A stretch of DNA of 64,000 nt. Origin: Octopus sinensis (lineage: Eukaryota). Of the stretch, positions 37,690 to 51,945 are shown in pieces. Position 1 is the first letter of the stretch. Every line of letters starts with the position of its first letter. A program made the position numbers and the translations under genes. The notes under the pieces were generated by a model. That model was not told the DNA's origin and did no database searches. It saw only the letters and a list, made by a program, of their open reading frames with translations. The stretch is taken from the NCBI RefSeq assembly GCF_006345805.1, contig NC_042999.1:80476001-80540000 (forward strand), written 5' to 3'.

Positions 37690-40600
37690 ATTCTGCGCTT
37701 ACTTTAGAAGGTATGAGGAAATATTTAGAGAAGAATGCTGCAACTGGCAAGACGAGAAAACAACTCAGTTTTGTTGAGAATGGTGGTACTAGTGAAGCAT
37801 GAGAAATATTGAAATTGCATATTACCAAAGTAACCAGGCGAAGTCTGTCTTGAAGAAGCGTCGAATATATTCTTATCAATGATTTTCAGCGAAAATAGGT
37901 CTTTATTACGTGCTGGCAATGCATGAATATTACAAACAAAAAAAGGATGAAAAATTTATTACATACGCTAAAATCGTTAATAGGGAATATGAGTGATTTA
38001 AAATTAATGAACTAACACTAGATATGTTTAATTGCTTAATTATCGTGCAAGGTTTAATGATAAAGAAAGATGCGGAAATTTGTAACCGAATTCTGACTAA
38101 ATCAGAACAGCATCAGAAGCTAACATTACAAGAAATACCTGAGGAATACCAGAGAATAATAAACTTCAGGTACGATACAGAACAAATTGACGTGAAAAAC
38201 TGCGCTTCTATGCAGTTTGTGGGAGCGAAAATAAGAAAGGAAAAGCATAAAATTAACCTAGGCTTTGAATGTAAAAATTAATGTTAATGTAAAAATTAAT
38301 GATAAATATGTAAAATTACAGTTAGGTACACGTAGTGACATTACCTTAATTAATGAAAGCACATGGAAAACAATCGGGAAACCTACACTAAAGAAAACCT
38401 TGAAGATTGCATGTGAACTCTCGGGAAGTAGATTAACTTTTTAAAGCGAAATTATCTGTAACGTTACATTTCGCGGGAAGACTATAACATTCGGAAGCTT
38501 ATGTTTTAAAAGATACAAGCAACCTTTTTGGAACTGACAGGATGGAACTGTTCGACTTATGGGGTTTACCCATGAATAATTTTTATAAAAATGTAATGGG
38601 GTTATGCGCCAGTTGAAATACAAAATCTGAAAATTTTAAAAAAGAAGTGGAAAAGTATTTCCTTGATATTTTTCGGACGAGCTGGGTCGCTGTAATACAT
38701 TTTACGCAAAATTTCAAGTAAAAGTAAATGTAGTACAATTTTTCAAAACCATGCGTACTTTACTGCGTGCAACACTGGAAGAAGTGAACAAGAAATTGGA
38801 CAGACTTGAAAAAATAGTGATTGAAAAGATCGACTATCCAGATTGGATGACTCCAATAATGTATGTAAAAAATAACTACAAAATTTGTATATGTGTAGAT
38901 TTGTCAACGGGCTAAAACAAATGGTTAAGACAGTATAATTGCCCATTACATAGCCTTGAGAAAATCTTCTCGAAATTAAACGGTGGAAAATTGTTCTCGA
39001 AATTAGATCTTTTTGGTGCTTACATACAAATACAAGTGGAAGTCGAATGTACTAAGCTACTACAAATTAATACCCATAAAGGTCTCTATAAATTTAACTG
39101 GCTTCTGTTTGGCATAAAAATTGCTCCAGCTATATTGCTATATTCCAACAAGTGATGGATGCGATGCTTGCTGAATGTGACTTCACGATGGACTACCTAA
39201 ATGATATATTTTTTTTATCAAAAGTGAATAACGTGATCAGCATGTCGAGCAATGAAAGGTGTTTTTTGAAAACAAGAGATTACGGTTTCAAACTGGATGA
39301 ATAGAAATGTGAATTTTTCTTGCCGAAAATTACGTCCTTTGGACAAATAATCAATATGAATGGTCGTCAACTTGATCTCTCGAGGGCAGATGCGATTAAA
39401 AACATGCCCCCTCCGACAAATATTTCTACCTTACAAGCTTTCTTCAGACTGGCAAATTAGTATCAGAGTTATATACCAAATATGTACATGGTAATTGCTC
39501 CACTAAATAATATTAAAAACAATTTAAAGTGGAATTGGTCTGAAAATTGTCAGAAAGCGTTCGCCGACGATAGAAAGATATTAACGTCAGATTTATCTTT
39601 AGCACATTTCGATCCTGCATTGGAAATTGTATAAGCTTCAGATGCCAGTGTTACAGTATCAGAGCAGTAATTCTACATAAATACAAGGATGGTAACATAA
39701 AGGCTGTAGCCCATGCTTCACGTTATTTGCTACTAGGAGAGAAAAATTACAGCCAAATTAAAAACGTGTGTCTAACTATTATTTTCGTCGTAAAAAATTT
39801 CATAGTTTTATACGGAAGAAGTTTTCGATTACAGACTGACCGTCGTCCACTATTACCTATATATAGGTCGAAGAAAGTAATGTCTACCCATACTCCTAAT
39901 AGGTTGCAACGCTAGGGTACTATATTACTAAATTATGATTTCAAGGTGGCGTTTATATCATCTAAGAAATTAGGATACGTTGATTGCTTATCTAGATCGA
40001 TATTAAAAATACTGAACCATTTCAGTATAACATGATTGCAACGTTGCAAGCAGAAAAATAAATTTAAAATATTCTATTTAATGTACGAAAATTACCAGTT
40101 ACATAAGAAGAAATCAAACTATAAGCGGAAGATGCACTAAAGAAACGAATGCTAAAAGAATTTTACATTGGTCACCCAGAGATTTGAAGAATGAAATAGT
40201 TAATGAGAAGCTACGTGTATTGGCCAAAAATGGACCGAAATATTGAAGAACTAATGAAAGCGTGCAGTGGCTGTGCTCTAGCAGCAAAATCACCAACCAC
40301 AAAATGGCAACCGTGGCCATAAACAAATATCCCATAGTCCAGACTGCATGTTGATTTTGCAGGTCTACTTAACGGTTCCCATTACTTCGTTGAAATAGAC
40401 AATTTTTCTAAGTGGCCTGAAATACATAAGTGTAAAAACCGACATCTTTGGGTTACAGTACTTTTTTTTACACGAATTGTTCACCAGATATAGTATTCCT
40501 GATACCATTGTGTCTGACAATTGAACTCAGTTTACCACAGATCAGTTCAAATTATTCTGTAAAATGTTCTCTATCAAACATGTGACTACTCCGTCGTATC

Positions 40601-41399
40601 CTCCAAGGACAAATGTACACGCGGAGTGTTTTCTCGATACATACATTTCAGAGAAGTTTAAAGAAAACGAACAACGAAATATTAGATGACCTAGCACTTC
40701 AGCAGTTTTCGAATAACACCAAATCCCAATACTCCGTCTGGAATGTCAGCTGCGGAATTAATGTTCGCTAGGAAGATTAGATCAGTGTTCGACAAGTTGT
40801 TACCGGTTAAGAAAGAAAAAAATATCGGACAACAAATATAATCGAAATTTCTTTTAAATTCATGACTAAGTTTTACTAAGTGATTACTAAGCAAATTGGG
40901 AAAACTTTATTTTTGGTAAAATGTCACAACTACGAACTTAAGAGGCATAAATCAAATAAAAAAAAAAGGTTTACTGATGAAACGGTCGCAAGAAACGATA
41001 TTCCAATGGAAGTATTTTATGATACGTTTGATGTACCAACACCTAACCAAATTGTGTAAACTACATGTTCAAGAATGAGAAAAAGAAAATGAACAGATGT
41101 GCTTGAAATAACCTCTAAACACAAATGATATTAAGCTCCGGTCGGAGCTAAATTCACAAATAAAAAATGTTATGGGAGAATCCTGAACACCTCCACGTTA
41201 CTGAAGGTCGATTAACCAATTACAACAAAGAAGAACTGAGTGAACTGTCAAGGGGGTAGTTGACGTTGGCGTTGTTAGTTCCACCGTATTGCTTTATCAG
41301 GTTAGTGCGATGTGTGTTGGTTTAACAGTCGGTAGTTGAAGAGTGAATACTGATATCGTACCTACGTTCGAGTAGTACGGAGTGGGTTCCGTGTTAACA
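37690..41399 (+). mobile_element. Decayed Ty3/Gypsy LTR retrotransposon (gag-PR-RT-RH-INT), 5' LTR not found
   Basis: Protease LGTRSDIT (about 38322), RT FSKLDL..AY.Q and DYLNDI (39191), RNase H DAS (39641) and TDRRPL, integrase GHP..CSGC, RLHVDFAG, VSDN. Domain order is Gypsy; many stops. Confidence 0.9.
41168..41399 (+). repeat. Putative 3' LTR of the Gypsy element
   Basis: TGTTA...TAACA inverted termini immediately after the integrase and an A-rich purine tract. Confidence 0.65.
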
Positions 41400-42449
41400 T
41401 ATATATATATTTCTGCGATAGGTTACTTTTAGATAACCAACTATTTGTGTAATACTGTTTTACACCAGATGTGGATACCAACGTCATAACAGTCATGCTA
41501 CCTCAAATTTTACCCAGCACCTTCTGAATGGCTACTCTCACGTAAAGTCTACTGCTGCTAATGTGTTCAAGCGCCATTGAATGATATCTGGGCTACTGAC
41601 TCACGCCAAACTCTTAGCTAAACTCTTACCCCCCCCCCCCCCCCCGCCTCATGTACAGTTCGCTATACAGAGAATTGATATGATTTTATGTACTAATACG
41701 CAGACCACCGTCAACGTGACGCAATCGTCCTCTGAACGATCTGTCGGACCACGTGAACCTAAAAAGGAAGTAAATTGAGACGTTTTGATAGCATTAATAC
41801 CACGTGACCTGAGCTCCAAACAGAAGTCTAAATACATAGAAGTCATCGTGGATTTCTTTTCACCCTCTACTGTAGTTACTACGAAATTTTATTCATGTAA
41901 AGTCAAAGTGTTACTATATATCTCGAAGGACAGCCAAAGTTTTGAGTACCACTTAATTTCGTTTGTTCACTGTCGAACAATGCACGCTACGCAATGTAAT
42001 GAATTAAACTTTAAGAACAGTTCAAACATCCTCGTAACACATTTGATTTGCAAAAAAAAAACTATTATTCACTGCGTGATTTATGATAACCTGATGGCTT
42101 ATGGCATAAATCGGCAAAGAGTGTTCATTGCTGCTTTTCCCTAAATGAAGCTATGTCTTCATAAGTCATCTCAATGCAGTCCCTCTTGTTAATATGCGTA
42201 CTGATGATAACCAAAAAGTTAGGAATGCATTTATTGGTCATCCAATGATAGATAACAAAAGTACTGATGATAGTCAACTAACTAGAAATCCATTTATTGG
42301 ACTAATAGGGATGACTGAAGTGTTCTGAAATCTATTGCCTATAGCGAGAATTTTCTCACTACAGGTGAAATATATAAAAAATACTTGAAGTGAACTGAAA
42401 GTTTGCTTGCTTTTTATTAGTATATATATATATACATATATTACTGTGC

Positions 42450-42506
<57 letters not shown>

Positions 42507-43547
42507 TACATATATTACTGTGCATTTATTAGCTGGAATTTGTGTGTTTGTTTGTGCTTCTTTCTCTTTGTGTCTCAGAGTGCATCGTGTATATATAATA
42601 TCAATACTTTTCGACTACTTTGTAATGAGTCGGCTAAGTGAAGCTGCTAATGTCTCCGTAAGGACCAACGCTGCCATTTTGAACGAAGATTAATTTCAGC
42701 CAAAAAGTTTCCTTTAATGGTTCTTTTGTCATCAAACCTTCAGCAGTTTAATTTTGTATTAGTTTCCTAAAGATCAATTTTTCTACGACTATTACACGTA
42801 ATGTACCTAATAAAAGTTAAATGATTCGAAAAGAGCGAAAAAATGAATTCCGTTATTTTTTTATAACAGTATTCCCATAGCAACTGAATATCTTGCCAAA
42901 CTGGGGAAAGGCACTGAATAGGAAAAATAACAAAGAAAAGAAATTTTAATCAATATTCAGAAAGTACTAAACGTATTAAAAATGAAATGAGAGATATATT
43001 ATAAGCATCATTAAATATTATGTTTACCTAGAAGTTTTTTGACCTTCATGGGGCTTGTGAATGAAAGATGTTTGTACTCCGTAATGTTCGTCTTAATGCA
43101 AAAAACAGACTTGGTTTCTGTATTAAATTAGTCGAGAAAGCACAAATGCTTCTTCGATAATATTTCTTTAAAAAAATTATATAATTAAGAAATACTAAAT
43201 GAACCAAAAATGGAGACATCGTCAAATTCTGATCGGTAACATGACAGATAAAGAACGTGGCGAAACAACACAACTACAAAATACAAATAAAATATAACGA
43301 AGTCATGCACAATCTAAATCAATAGCAACTAATAAAATATACACAGAAATTACGAGACTTAATTAAATATATTCTTTAATGAGATTCAATAAATTAGATA
43401 ATTTTATGATGTTATAGTCTCCAGGGATATTGATCTTAATTCGTGAACTTCTACTCATTCTGCAATTCTTTACGTTATCTTTATGACAACACTTGCTCCG
43501 TGTGTTCCCTTATTTTAAAAAAATCTGTTAGAAATTATCAATATATG

Positions 43548-43591
<44 letters not shown>

Positions 43592-43694
43592 ACGATAATA
43601 ATAATAATAATAATAATAACAATAACAATAATAATAATAATAATAATAATGATAATAATAATAACAACAACAACAATAATAATAACAATAATAA

Positions 43695-43838
43695 ACTTTT
43701 CTACTAAACGCACAAGGCTTGAAATTTTGGGGGAGGGGACTAGCCGATTACATCGACTCCAGTGTATCACTAGTGCCTAATTTATCAAAAGGATGAAAGG
43801 CAAAGTGGACATCGGCAGAATTTGAATTCAGCATGAAA
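43695..43838 (-). mobile_element. SINE 3' part (family of 6508-6871) with (ATT)n tail extending to about 43590
   Basis: Reverse complement GAATTCAAATTCTGCCGATGTCCACTTTGCCTTTCATCCTTTTGATAAATTAG...GTCGATGTAATCG. Confidence 0.7.
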
Positions 43839-43930
43839 AGCATCACAGTAAACCACAGCACATACCCAAGGCACACAGAGCTACGCTCGGTAGTGAAGTG
43901 AAAGCCCGCTCTAAAAATAAAACTACTGAA
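43839..43930 (+). mobile_element. Extreme 3' end of the R4/Dong-like family of 23526-24558
   Basis: CCCAAGGCACACAGAGCT.CGCTCGGTAGTGAAGTGAAAGC.CGCT.TAAAAATAAAACTACTGAA followed by (TAA)4. Confidence 0.88.
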
Positions 43931-44619
43931 TAATAATAATAATACAGGAAGGTATTAGATAGTTGAAAAGAGCGAATAGCATGTTACTGTAGCTTGCAGG
44001 TACGTAGGTACGCTACGCATGCAAGACTCCAAGAGTTCCAGCAAAACCTGTCATAAAGAGATAATAGCAACAGCACCACCATCACCCCCCACCCCCACCA
44101 CTACCACCAACAACAACAACATTTCTAAGCAGTGTTGTTTTCTGCAAGTGTTCCTGCCGAATTGCAACCATTATATTTTATAAAGTAATTCTCAAAAACT
44201 TTGCTTCCTGTTCCTAATGTTCTGACATTTATTATTATTATTACTTCCTTTTCTCAGCCACCACAAATCCATAACCTTCCTAACTAACCTGTTATATATA
44301 TCGACTTGTTTCATCTTTATCCCTTACCTTCTTGTCAACATAACATGCCATAGGTATGATCCTATACGACTTGCTTTCTTTCTCAATCATCACAATATTT
44401 GGTTTCTAATTCTCTATTTCCTGGTCACACAGAATCATAAAGTCCCACAAGATCTTTGCGTTATCCTTTTCGACAATACCTTCGGACTGCATAGATAGAT
44501 TCCTATATTCATAGTAGAGCTACACTAATACAAGCACACACAGTTGTACAAACACCCATAGTCACAGATACAAATATGTAAATGAACATGACTACAGCTG
44601 GTTATATACACATATATTT

Positions 44620-44651
<32 letters not shown>

Positions 44652-45226
44652 TTGTGTGTGTGTATGTGTGTGTGTGTGTGTGTACGCGCGCATCGCTGGT
44701 CGATGTGATTATATCATATTTAGAAGAGGTAGGGCATCTAGTAGAATACATTTTGCTATTGATTTTGGAAATCTGCACACCGATTTCAAATCTCGTCCAA
44801 CTCACATTTTCTTTACGTTTTGTCGAGACCATAGATAATGTACCTACCTAGTACTAGCGATTATTTCCTTTTTCTCTGCTTTCATCTATCGTATTAAATT
44901 TATTTCGAAGCTCTATCACAACATATTGTGTAAAGCTGATTCTGTAACTGAAGTACATAAAGGGTACACATGACCATGAGAATCTCAACAGCTTAAAAGT
45001 TAACAGCTCAAGCAAGAATTTCATTGGATAAACAATGAGTCCTCATTGGCGAAAATCGACGAATCCATCACTGATTTCTACGTGTACAACTGTCATATAA
45101 AAGTTAACCTCAGTTTTGCCAAATATATTTTCAATGGGGCTTTATTCTCGCAAAATACTATGACAATATTAGATCATTTTATAACTGTGCATGGAGAGGT
45201 ATTTCTACAAACAAAGCAAAAATACA

Positions 45227-45441
45227 TACCAGTTTGTGCTGAAAAGTTCCTGGTTTTAAGGGTATCCCGAAAGACCTGGTTGGATGCCCCGCCTTCCGAG
45301 TTCTTTTGCAGGGCTTAGAAAAACTGAAGGACTGCTGCAATGAGTGTGTGGGTCTGAGAGGAGAATATGTTTAATAAAATCATAATCAACTTATCTTCCT
45401 GTATTTTCTTTTAGCCAGGAAATTTCAGGCACCCTTTCATA
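45227..45441 (+). mobile_element. Mariner-derived MITE
   Basis: Imperfect TIRs GTGCTGAAAAGTTCCTGG / CCAGGAAATTTCAGGCAC, TA at both ends; retains the last transposase codons (GLEKLKDCCNECVGLRGEYV*). Confidence 0.65.
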
Positions 45442-48400
45442 TAAAATCCATCGATCAGCATTCATATTTCCATTCAATGATACTAGAATGAACGTGCACA
45501 ATGTGTAGCAAGGAAATACATTTGAATTATATCTACAGTTTATCCGATGGGCTTCAACATGTTCTGTCAATCCACTCACACTCACAAAGGTTCGAGTGGG
45601 TAAATTACTCCCAACACCACGCCGTAGAATTGTACTCAAGATCCTGCTATTGTGAAATTTCTTAGCCATTTAGTCTTGCTGCATCTACCTTACTACTTAG
45701 AATTTTTGACCAGTAGCACGATGGAGAAGGGCAGAAAAATCGTGGTTTAAGAGTAGAAATACACTAGGGTAGTAGCTCCAATGTATTATCTATCGTTCTT
45801 TCTTGGTTTGTAAAAGATTTGAAATCAGGGTGCAAAGTGAAGCAGCTAAGTAATTGAACTGACACCCTACTATTTAATGGCTTTCCTATCTGCTTCCTAT
45901 CCGTTTTCTTCCTCTCTCGCTCTAGTTGTCTGTGGTTCAGTCTTTTTTCTATTATATATCTGAATTGTTACTCTGTGCAACAACTTTAGACAATGATCGA
46001 TAACTTATGCAGCAATTTCATCAGAACTCTCCTCGTCCTACTTCTGTTATCCACCTCATATTCTCATTTTCGTTTTCTACCTCTTTTCACTGCTGTCATC
46101 TAATATGTGTCAACAAAAGGCCTGCGGGAATTAGAATCGATATGTATTCCGTTCCTATCTTTATCACATTGATGTTCCCAGATATCGAATACCATACGTT
46201 TACTCCCCATTTCACTTCTCTGTTTCACCAACACAGTTATTATCCGAAATACGGCTAGCCAACACACGTCCATTAGCTCTAAATTATATTGTCTCTAGCA
46301 ATTTTAATATTGAATCAATGCGTTCGATTTATGTTGATTTTATTGGATTAGTCTTAGAATTATTGTAAGAGGGCCGTAGCAACGGTGGATAATAGAATCA
46401 TCAGAGTATCGGTCGAACGCGTTAGCTACGTTCTGTGCATTACTGTGATTTCAAATCCAGCCAAGGTCAATTTTGCTTGTCTTCGTTACAAGATCAATAT
46501 TAAATGTACCAGTCAAAGAATCTAGGTAGATATGTTCGATCATATAACTATTTGAAAAATTGCAGGGTAATAACCATATTTTAATTGTTATTTCTATTAA
46601 TGTTGTGAGATTGTGAGAAATGTGGTGGAGGTAACTGTAGTGCAACAGTTTCTGGGTTATGTCTTCACTACGTCTTAGCTAAATTTGGGTGTTTCACTGA
46701 AGTAAAGTCAGCACTAGTTCGATTTAATCTTATATTCACCACCAAAATATGTAATCCTGTATCAATATCAGAAATCTATATTGTTTGCGTCTGTTCAGTG
46801 ACAGAAATATAGGGAAGTTTAAGCAATTCTTGACGAAAACTAATTTTCGTTTCTATATCAAATCTCAACCGGCTTACCTTCAGCCTCCTACATCCAAAAT
46901 CGGTAACGTAAATATCTAACATGTACTTTGGTGGATTCACTGAACAACATATTTCTGTTTATATGTGGAACAAATAATGTTTAACGTGTGTCTGTATCTG
47001 AACAGATGAAAATAGCTAAACCTTAAATTTAGTTTTAACTATATTTCTAAGATCAAACTATGAGAAAAATTGGTACCAGTATAAACTGAGTCACGCGATT
47101 TGCTTGAATGTAGCTACAACCTATTTGCTTAAAGATTCTTGGTAATAAATCATTATTAGCTGTATTAATTGACAACTGTGTAATTCCATAATGTTTCGAA
47201 ATCACATAGATTGCCGCTAAAATTATGAAGATAATACATTTTCAAATACGTTTTGGGAAAAATACATCATTTTTCATTTCTCGCAAACAAACATTTAGGT
47301 CACCTCAGAAAGAGAAATTAATGTTTTTATAATTAAGCATCCGGAAGTTTGATTACATTCTAGTGATTTCCTAAATTTTTCGATTGATATCGATGAGCTG
47401 AGACGAATGTGCAATGACTTAAAGTAAGCATGGTTGCATGAAAATTACCAGATGATTTTGTAAAGAATGTCACTTTCCCAAATAAATTTGAACCTGATTT
47501 TGAGTGATGCGACAGTATTAATGATGTATTTGTCTCATTGATTAAAAGTACCTAGTAACTGTAATAACAGTATACAAGTATAATACCAGTAGCTATTGTA
47601 ATCGAATCTAGAGAATGGAAGAGCATATTCAAAAGTGGCAGTGTCTGATCAAAATCGTAAATGGGTGTTACGAAATCTTACTAGGTATTTTATTTCAACT
47701 ACTACAATGAAATACAAGAATCATGCTGGATCTGCTAACCTCTATCTATATTCTCTCTTTAAATCATGCAAGAGTGGTTTATGTTAGTATTATTGATAGT
47801 TTTCAAATAAGATAAAGGACATTATTTTATTTAAAACTTATAGCCGATTATATTAAACTCAAGTAGCTGATTGTTACTGAGTCTGTTGATTGCAGAAAAC
47901 ACAAATCGACATCACAAAATACTGCATGAAAAATTGCCAAGATATTACTAAGTCTTCCACGAACTTTGCATCTCCCTTTACTGCATTTCCTTTTTGAGAT
48001 GACTTGTTATGAACAGGTTTTATAAAACATTATTCCAGTATTCATGATAGTTTAAAACCTAATTCTACTTAAATATGTATGCTAGAACAACGAAACACTG
48101 CAGTATTTATTTTTGCACCTCTGTTTGGGATTCAGGTCCCATTGCAGTTGATTTTACTGATCATCGTCATAAAATCGATAAACTAAGTAAACAGCATCTA
48201 CTGGGATTGATTAAATAAACAATATGCCTTCCCTGCAAATGTATTTCAGAAATGCTTGCTTAGAGATTATCTATTTATTACATATTACTCCGATTTCTTT
48301 TGTGCAACAATTTTTACACAGTAGCAGATGTGTACACGCATGCAATATCATTTCTATAGCAACAGCGCTTGAATCAACGACAGTTTGGATGGTAGATGGA

Positions 48401-51072
48401 TACCTACTTCTCTAGATCTCTTCAGTTAACTCAGTTTATGTAAATCCTCTGAAACTTTGTGAAATCTGCTATTTTCTCATTAATGAATGATGCTATCTAT
48501 TACTGGGTGTTACTACAACAGATCAAAAACTTTCTAGATTAGTTAATCCTTTCAGGTGTCCTTGATTCATGAAGCATGTTCATAAAAAATCATCTTCAAC
48601 AGGGATTTGGACTGACAAAACAGTTCTTTGTTTTAAATGTTAGTCAGCATTCTTACATTCTTTGCTGTGAGGCTGAAACGATTCAAGGATGAAAGCATTG
48701 CTGTATAATTAAATAGTTTACTTCGCTATGATACCGGTTCGATCAGAATCCAGCTGTGTGACACATTATGTATGTTTCTTGAGTAGTAGCATCAGGTCCA
48801 CTAAACCTCACTTTCCGTCCGCCAAGAAATTTGGCTAAGGGAAAATGAACGAAAAAAAATCAGAAGACCGTTCCTGGCAGTTATGGCGTTAATCCGTTCA
48901 GTGGTTTAGTATCACTATCCGGCTGAACATTAACTTTAGCGGTGTCCACACTGTTGCAGGAAATTGGATTGTTTCCGATCTGAAAACACCGTTATCACAG
49001 ACTCCGAATATTTCGATGGGTAACGTCTTTCGTCTTCTTCAAAAGGTATAAACCAATTACGACCTTAGATAACCATCGATGCCTTCATTTTCATTCAGCA
49101 TTTCAATAAGTAGTCAGCCTAGTGGAATCTAAAATTCTCGAACCTATTATATACTGGTGTAAGCGAATAGCTACCGAAAGAAGGCGAAATCAACTGGCTC
49201 AACACATATAGAGAATTCAGAAGTAATCAAATAAAAACTTTCAAGTAGTTTGCTAGTCTATTATTAATGTTAATATTTAAGATTCATAGTGCAATACCAA
49301 ATTTAGAATTGTAGGGTTAAACCAGTGAGGATGTGAAAATTCCTTTCAGATAAGATTTAATATTTTTGTACTAAATATTTGCATGGTCAAATTGCGTGTG
49401 GTATAAGTTTTCAATTGAACTTTCCACATCTAGAGTTAAGAGAAAACTGAAATTACATTCTTTGAAACAAAATCTGCCTATTACTTTCTATATAAACTAT
49501 CTCCATTTTGCTGCGACCCTATTAGAATAAATCATGCACAGGTGTATCCACTTGAATAGGCAATGAATCTCAATTTTCGAAAGCGTGGCCAATCATCAAA
49601 GACCATGCATTATAAAAATTAATTCCATATTGCTCTCCAGACCGGTTTCATTTATTAACTTCGTTTCAGTAACTAAGTCAATTTGTAAATGTAAATCTAA
49701 TTCAAGTAACTCAACCAAAATCACCGTAAAGCGCGCAGTTTATTTCGCCAGAGCTTATTCAACATTAAATTCGTTTGATTCAAAAGAATGAAAAGATGGT
49801 TTAATATCAGAGAGAGTCAGTGTCATTACCGGAAATTGTACAAAAAGGAAGGAAACCAATGCTCTTCCTGTTAACGGACTAAGCTTTTCATTTTTCATCA
49901 AACTAGAATATCCGGTATCATGAAAATATTAAAAATACGTGAAGAGTTATGGTATTTCCTCTGAAAAAGAATATTGTGTTGCTTTTGTTGTTATTAATGT
50001 TATGATTATTTATGATATTTTTGTTTAAATGTGCTTCCATATATGAATGATATCTGCTCTATGCTCACACTCCTATTAATGTTTTAATAATCGACATGAC
50101 CATTAAATCTGTTGATATTCTGTTGATAGTTTATCAACGTACAGTTTCACATCAGCGCTTCCTAAATCTATTTAGCGTGCTATCATGGTTTACGCTTCTC
50201 GATGATTTATTCTCTCTCACTCTTACTGAAACTACTGAATACTGCACTCGGTGTATGAACTTGAACGTTTAGATAAATCGACAGAAGTCTTAAGGAGAGA
50301 CATGCAAAGGTGATATGGAGGAAATGTTAATATATTTATTATATGCACAAGATTGTAAGAAACACTTTATACAAAGAGTTGAACACCTCATAAACTAATG
50401 CAGCGATGCAGTTTCAAGACACCGTTGTGTATTACTTTACTTACACATTTTATTTACGACTTTTCCTGAGAGCGTTCACCCAGAGGGATTTAAGCTGCAA
50501 CTCTCTCTTAGATCCCTTCTAATATTGTAAAATACTTATGCACAGTTGAAACACACGTGCACACACGCACACACACACACACACACACACACTGTGTGTG
50601 TGTGTGTTTGACTATGTGTGGTTATGCATATACTGAAGAAAGTTATAGCTATATTACATTTAATGTGTATGAAAATTTCCGCAGATACACCTAAAATTTT
50701 ACGATTTTTTGTGTATAAAATGGAATTTATGTACAGATATATACTTAGCTTATCAGCCACCTGGAAATTCAAGCCTCAATCTAGAGGAATTTTAATGAAT
50801 GTTTCCTTTAACATTTAAACGTATATCTTGCGTTGTTTAGCAGTACATTTAAGTGTATAACTACACACATATGTAGATTGCTTGAGCATTAGAATATTGA
50901 GTATTATCTAGTAACCCTATCGAAAATAAAGAAATACATACATACATATAAGATCATTTTGATCGAATTTCGAAATCACGTGATATTAACAACCGAAAAC
51001 AACAGTATTCGGGCAAACAGATCGAAAAATTTCCCCCACATACTTATATAACAGAATGATATATATTTGTTA

Positions 51073-51117
51073 GTGGACTGGTTTCTGGTTTGACATAAAT
51101 CTTACCTTCATCAGCAC
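51073..51117 (-). ncRNA. Type I hammerhead-like motif with GUC cleavage triplet, partly decayed
   Basis: GTG CTGATGA AGGT-14 nt-ACCA GAAA CCAG TC CAC. Confidence 0.5.
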
Positions 51118-51543
51118 ATGTGAGCCATTTGAAAAAAATGTTCTCAATCCGCTAAGTTGAAATCTAATGGCCCTCTGAAATGTTTTACGGTAAATCTGAG
51201 CAGCCTCAGTGTAAAAAGTATCATTATGGAGCAAATATTCAGGAGTGAATGTTTATATAGATATTAATAGTTTTAATAAATATTCATTGCTGAATATTTG
51301 CTCCGTATATATATATATATATATACATATATATATGTGTGTGTGTGCTTGTGTGTGTGTGTGTGTTTGTGTGTGTGTCTGTGTGTGTGTCTGTGTGTGT
51401 GTCTGTGTGTATGTGTGTGTGTGCGTGTTTAATATATATAACGGTAATTAATATTTTGTATTGACTTGTGCTTCAGTTCAGCAGAAATAGGAAGAAAGGT
51501 AAAGCTGTTTCAATAGCAACTGTGTTAAACTTTGACGTTATTA

Positions 51544-51750
51544 AAGGCGGTGAGCAGACCGAATATTAAGCACTCCGGGTGAAACGTTTAGCGGCTTTTG
51601 GCCCGTCTCTGCCTTGTGAGTTCGATTTACACTGAGGTCGACATATCTTTAATCTCTTCGGTGTCGATAAAATAAGTTCTAGTTAAACACTGGGATCGAT
51701 GTAATCGACTTACTGCTTCCTCTTAAGTGGCTAAAGTTCAAACTGATATT
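51544..51750 (+). mobile_element. SINE (family of 6508-6871)
   Basis: AAGGCGGTGAGC head and GAGGTCGAC...CGGTGTCGATAAAATAAGT core. Confidence 0.7.
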
Positions 51751-51820
51751 GTCATTAGTGACCTCATGTTTTCCTATCGTTTTATTTCTGGCACAATATC
51801 ATCCTTTCAGTGACCGATTG

Positions 51821-51945
51821 TCATCATCATCATCATCATCCTCATCATCCTCATCATCCTCCTCCTCATCATCATCATCATCCTCATCATCATCATCCTC
51901 ATCATCATCATTACCATCATCATCATCATCATCATCATCAGTATC
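51821..51945. repeat. (CAT/CCT)n microsatellite
   Basis: Direct reading. Confidence 0.95.

Noticed and set aside
40968-41005. CTGATGA...GAAAC...TA inside the Gypsy 3' region
   Set aside because: No stem I or stem II pairing.
42198-42300. Two tandem GTACTGATGA units with apparently covarying 4-bp hairpins (TAAC/GTTA, TAGT/ACTA)
   Set aside because: I could not build stems I and III or a UH site in any hammerhead topology; likely a short tandem duplication.
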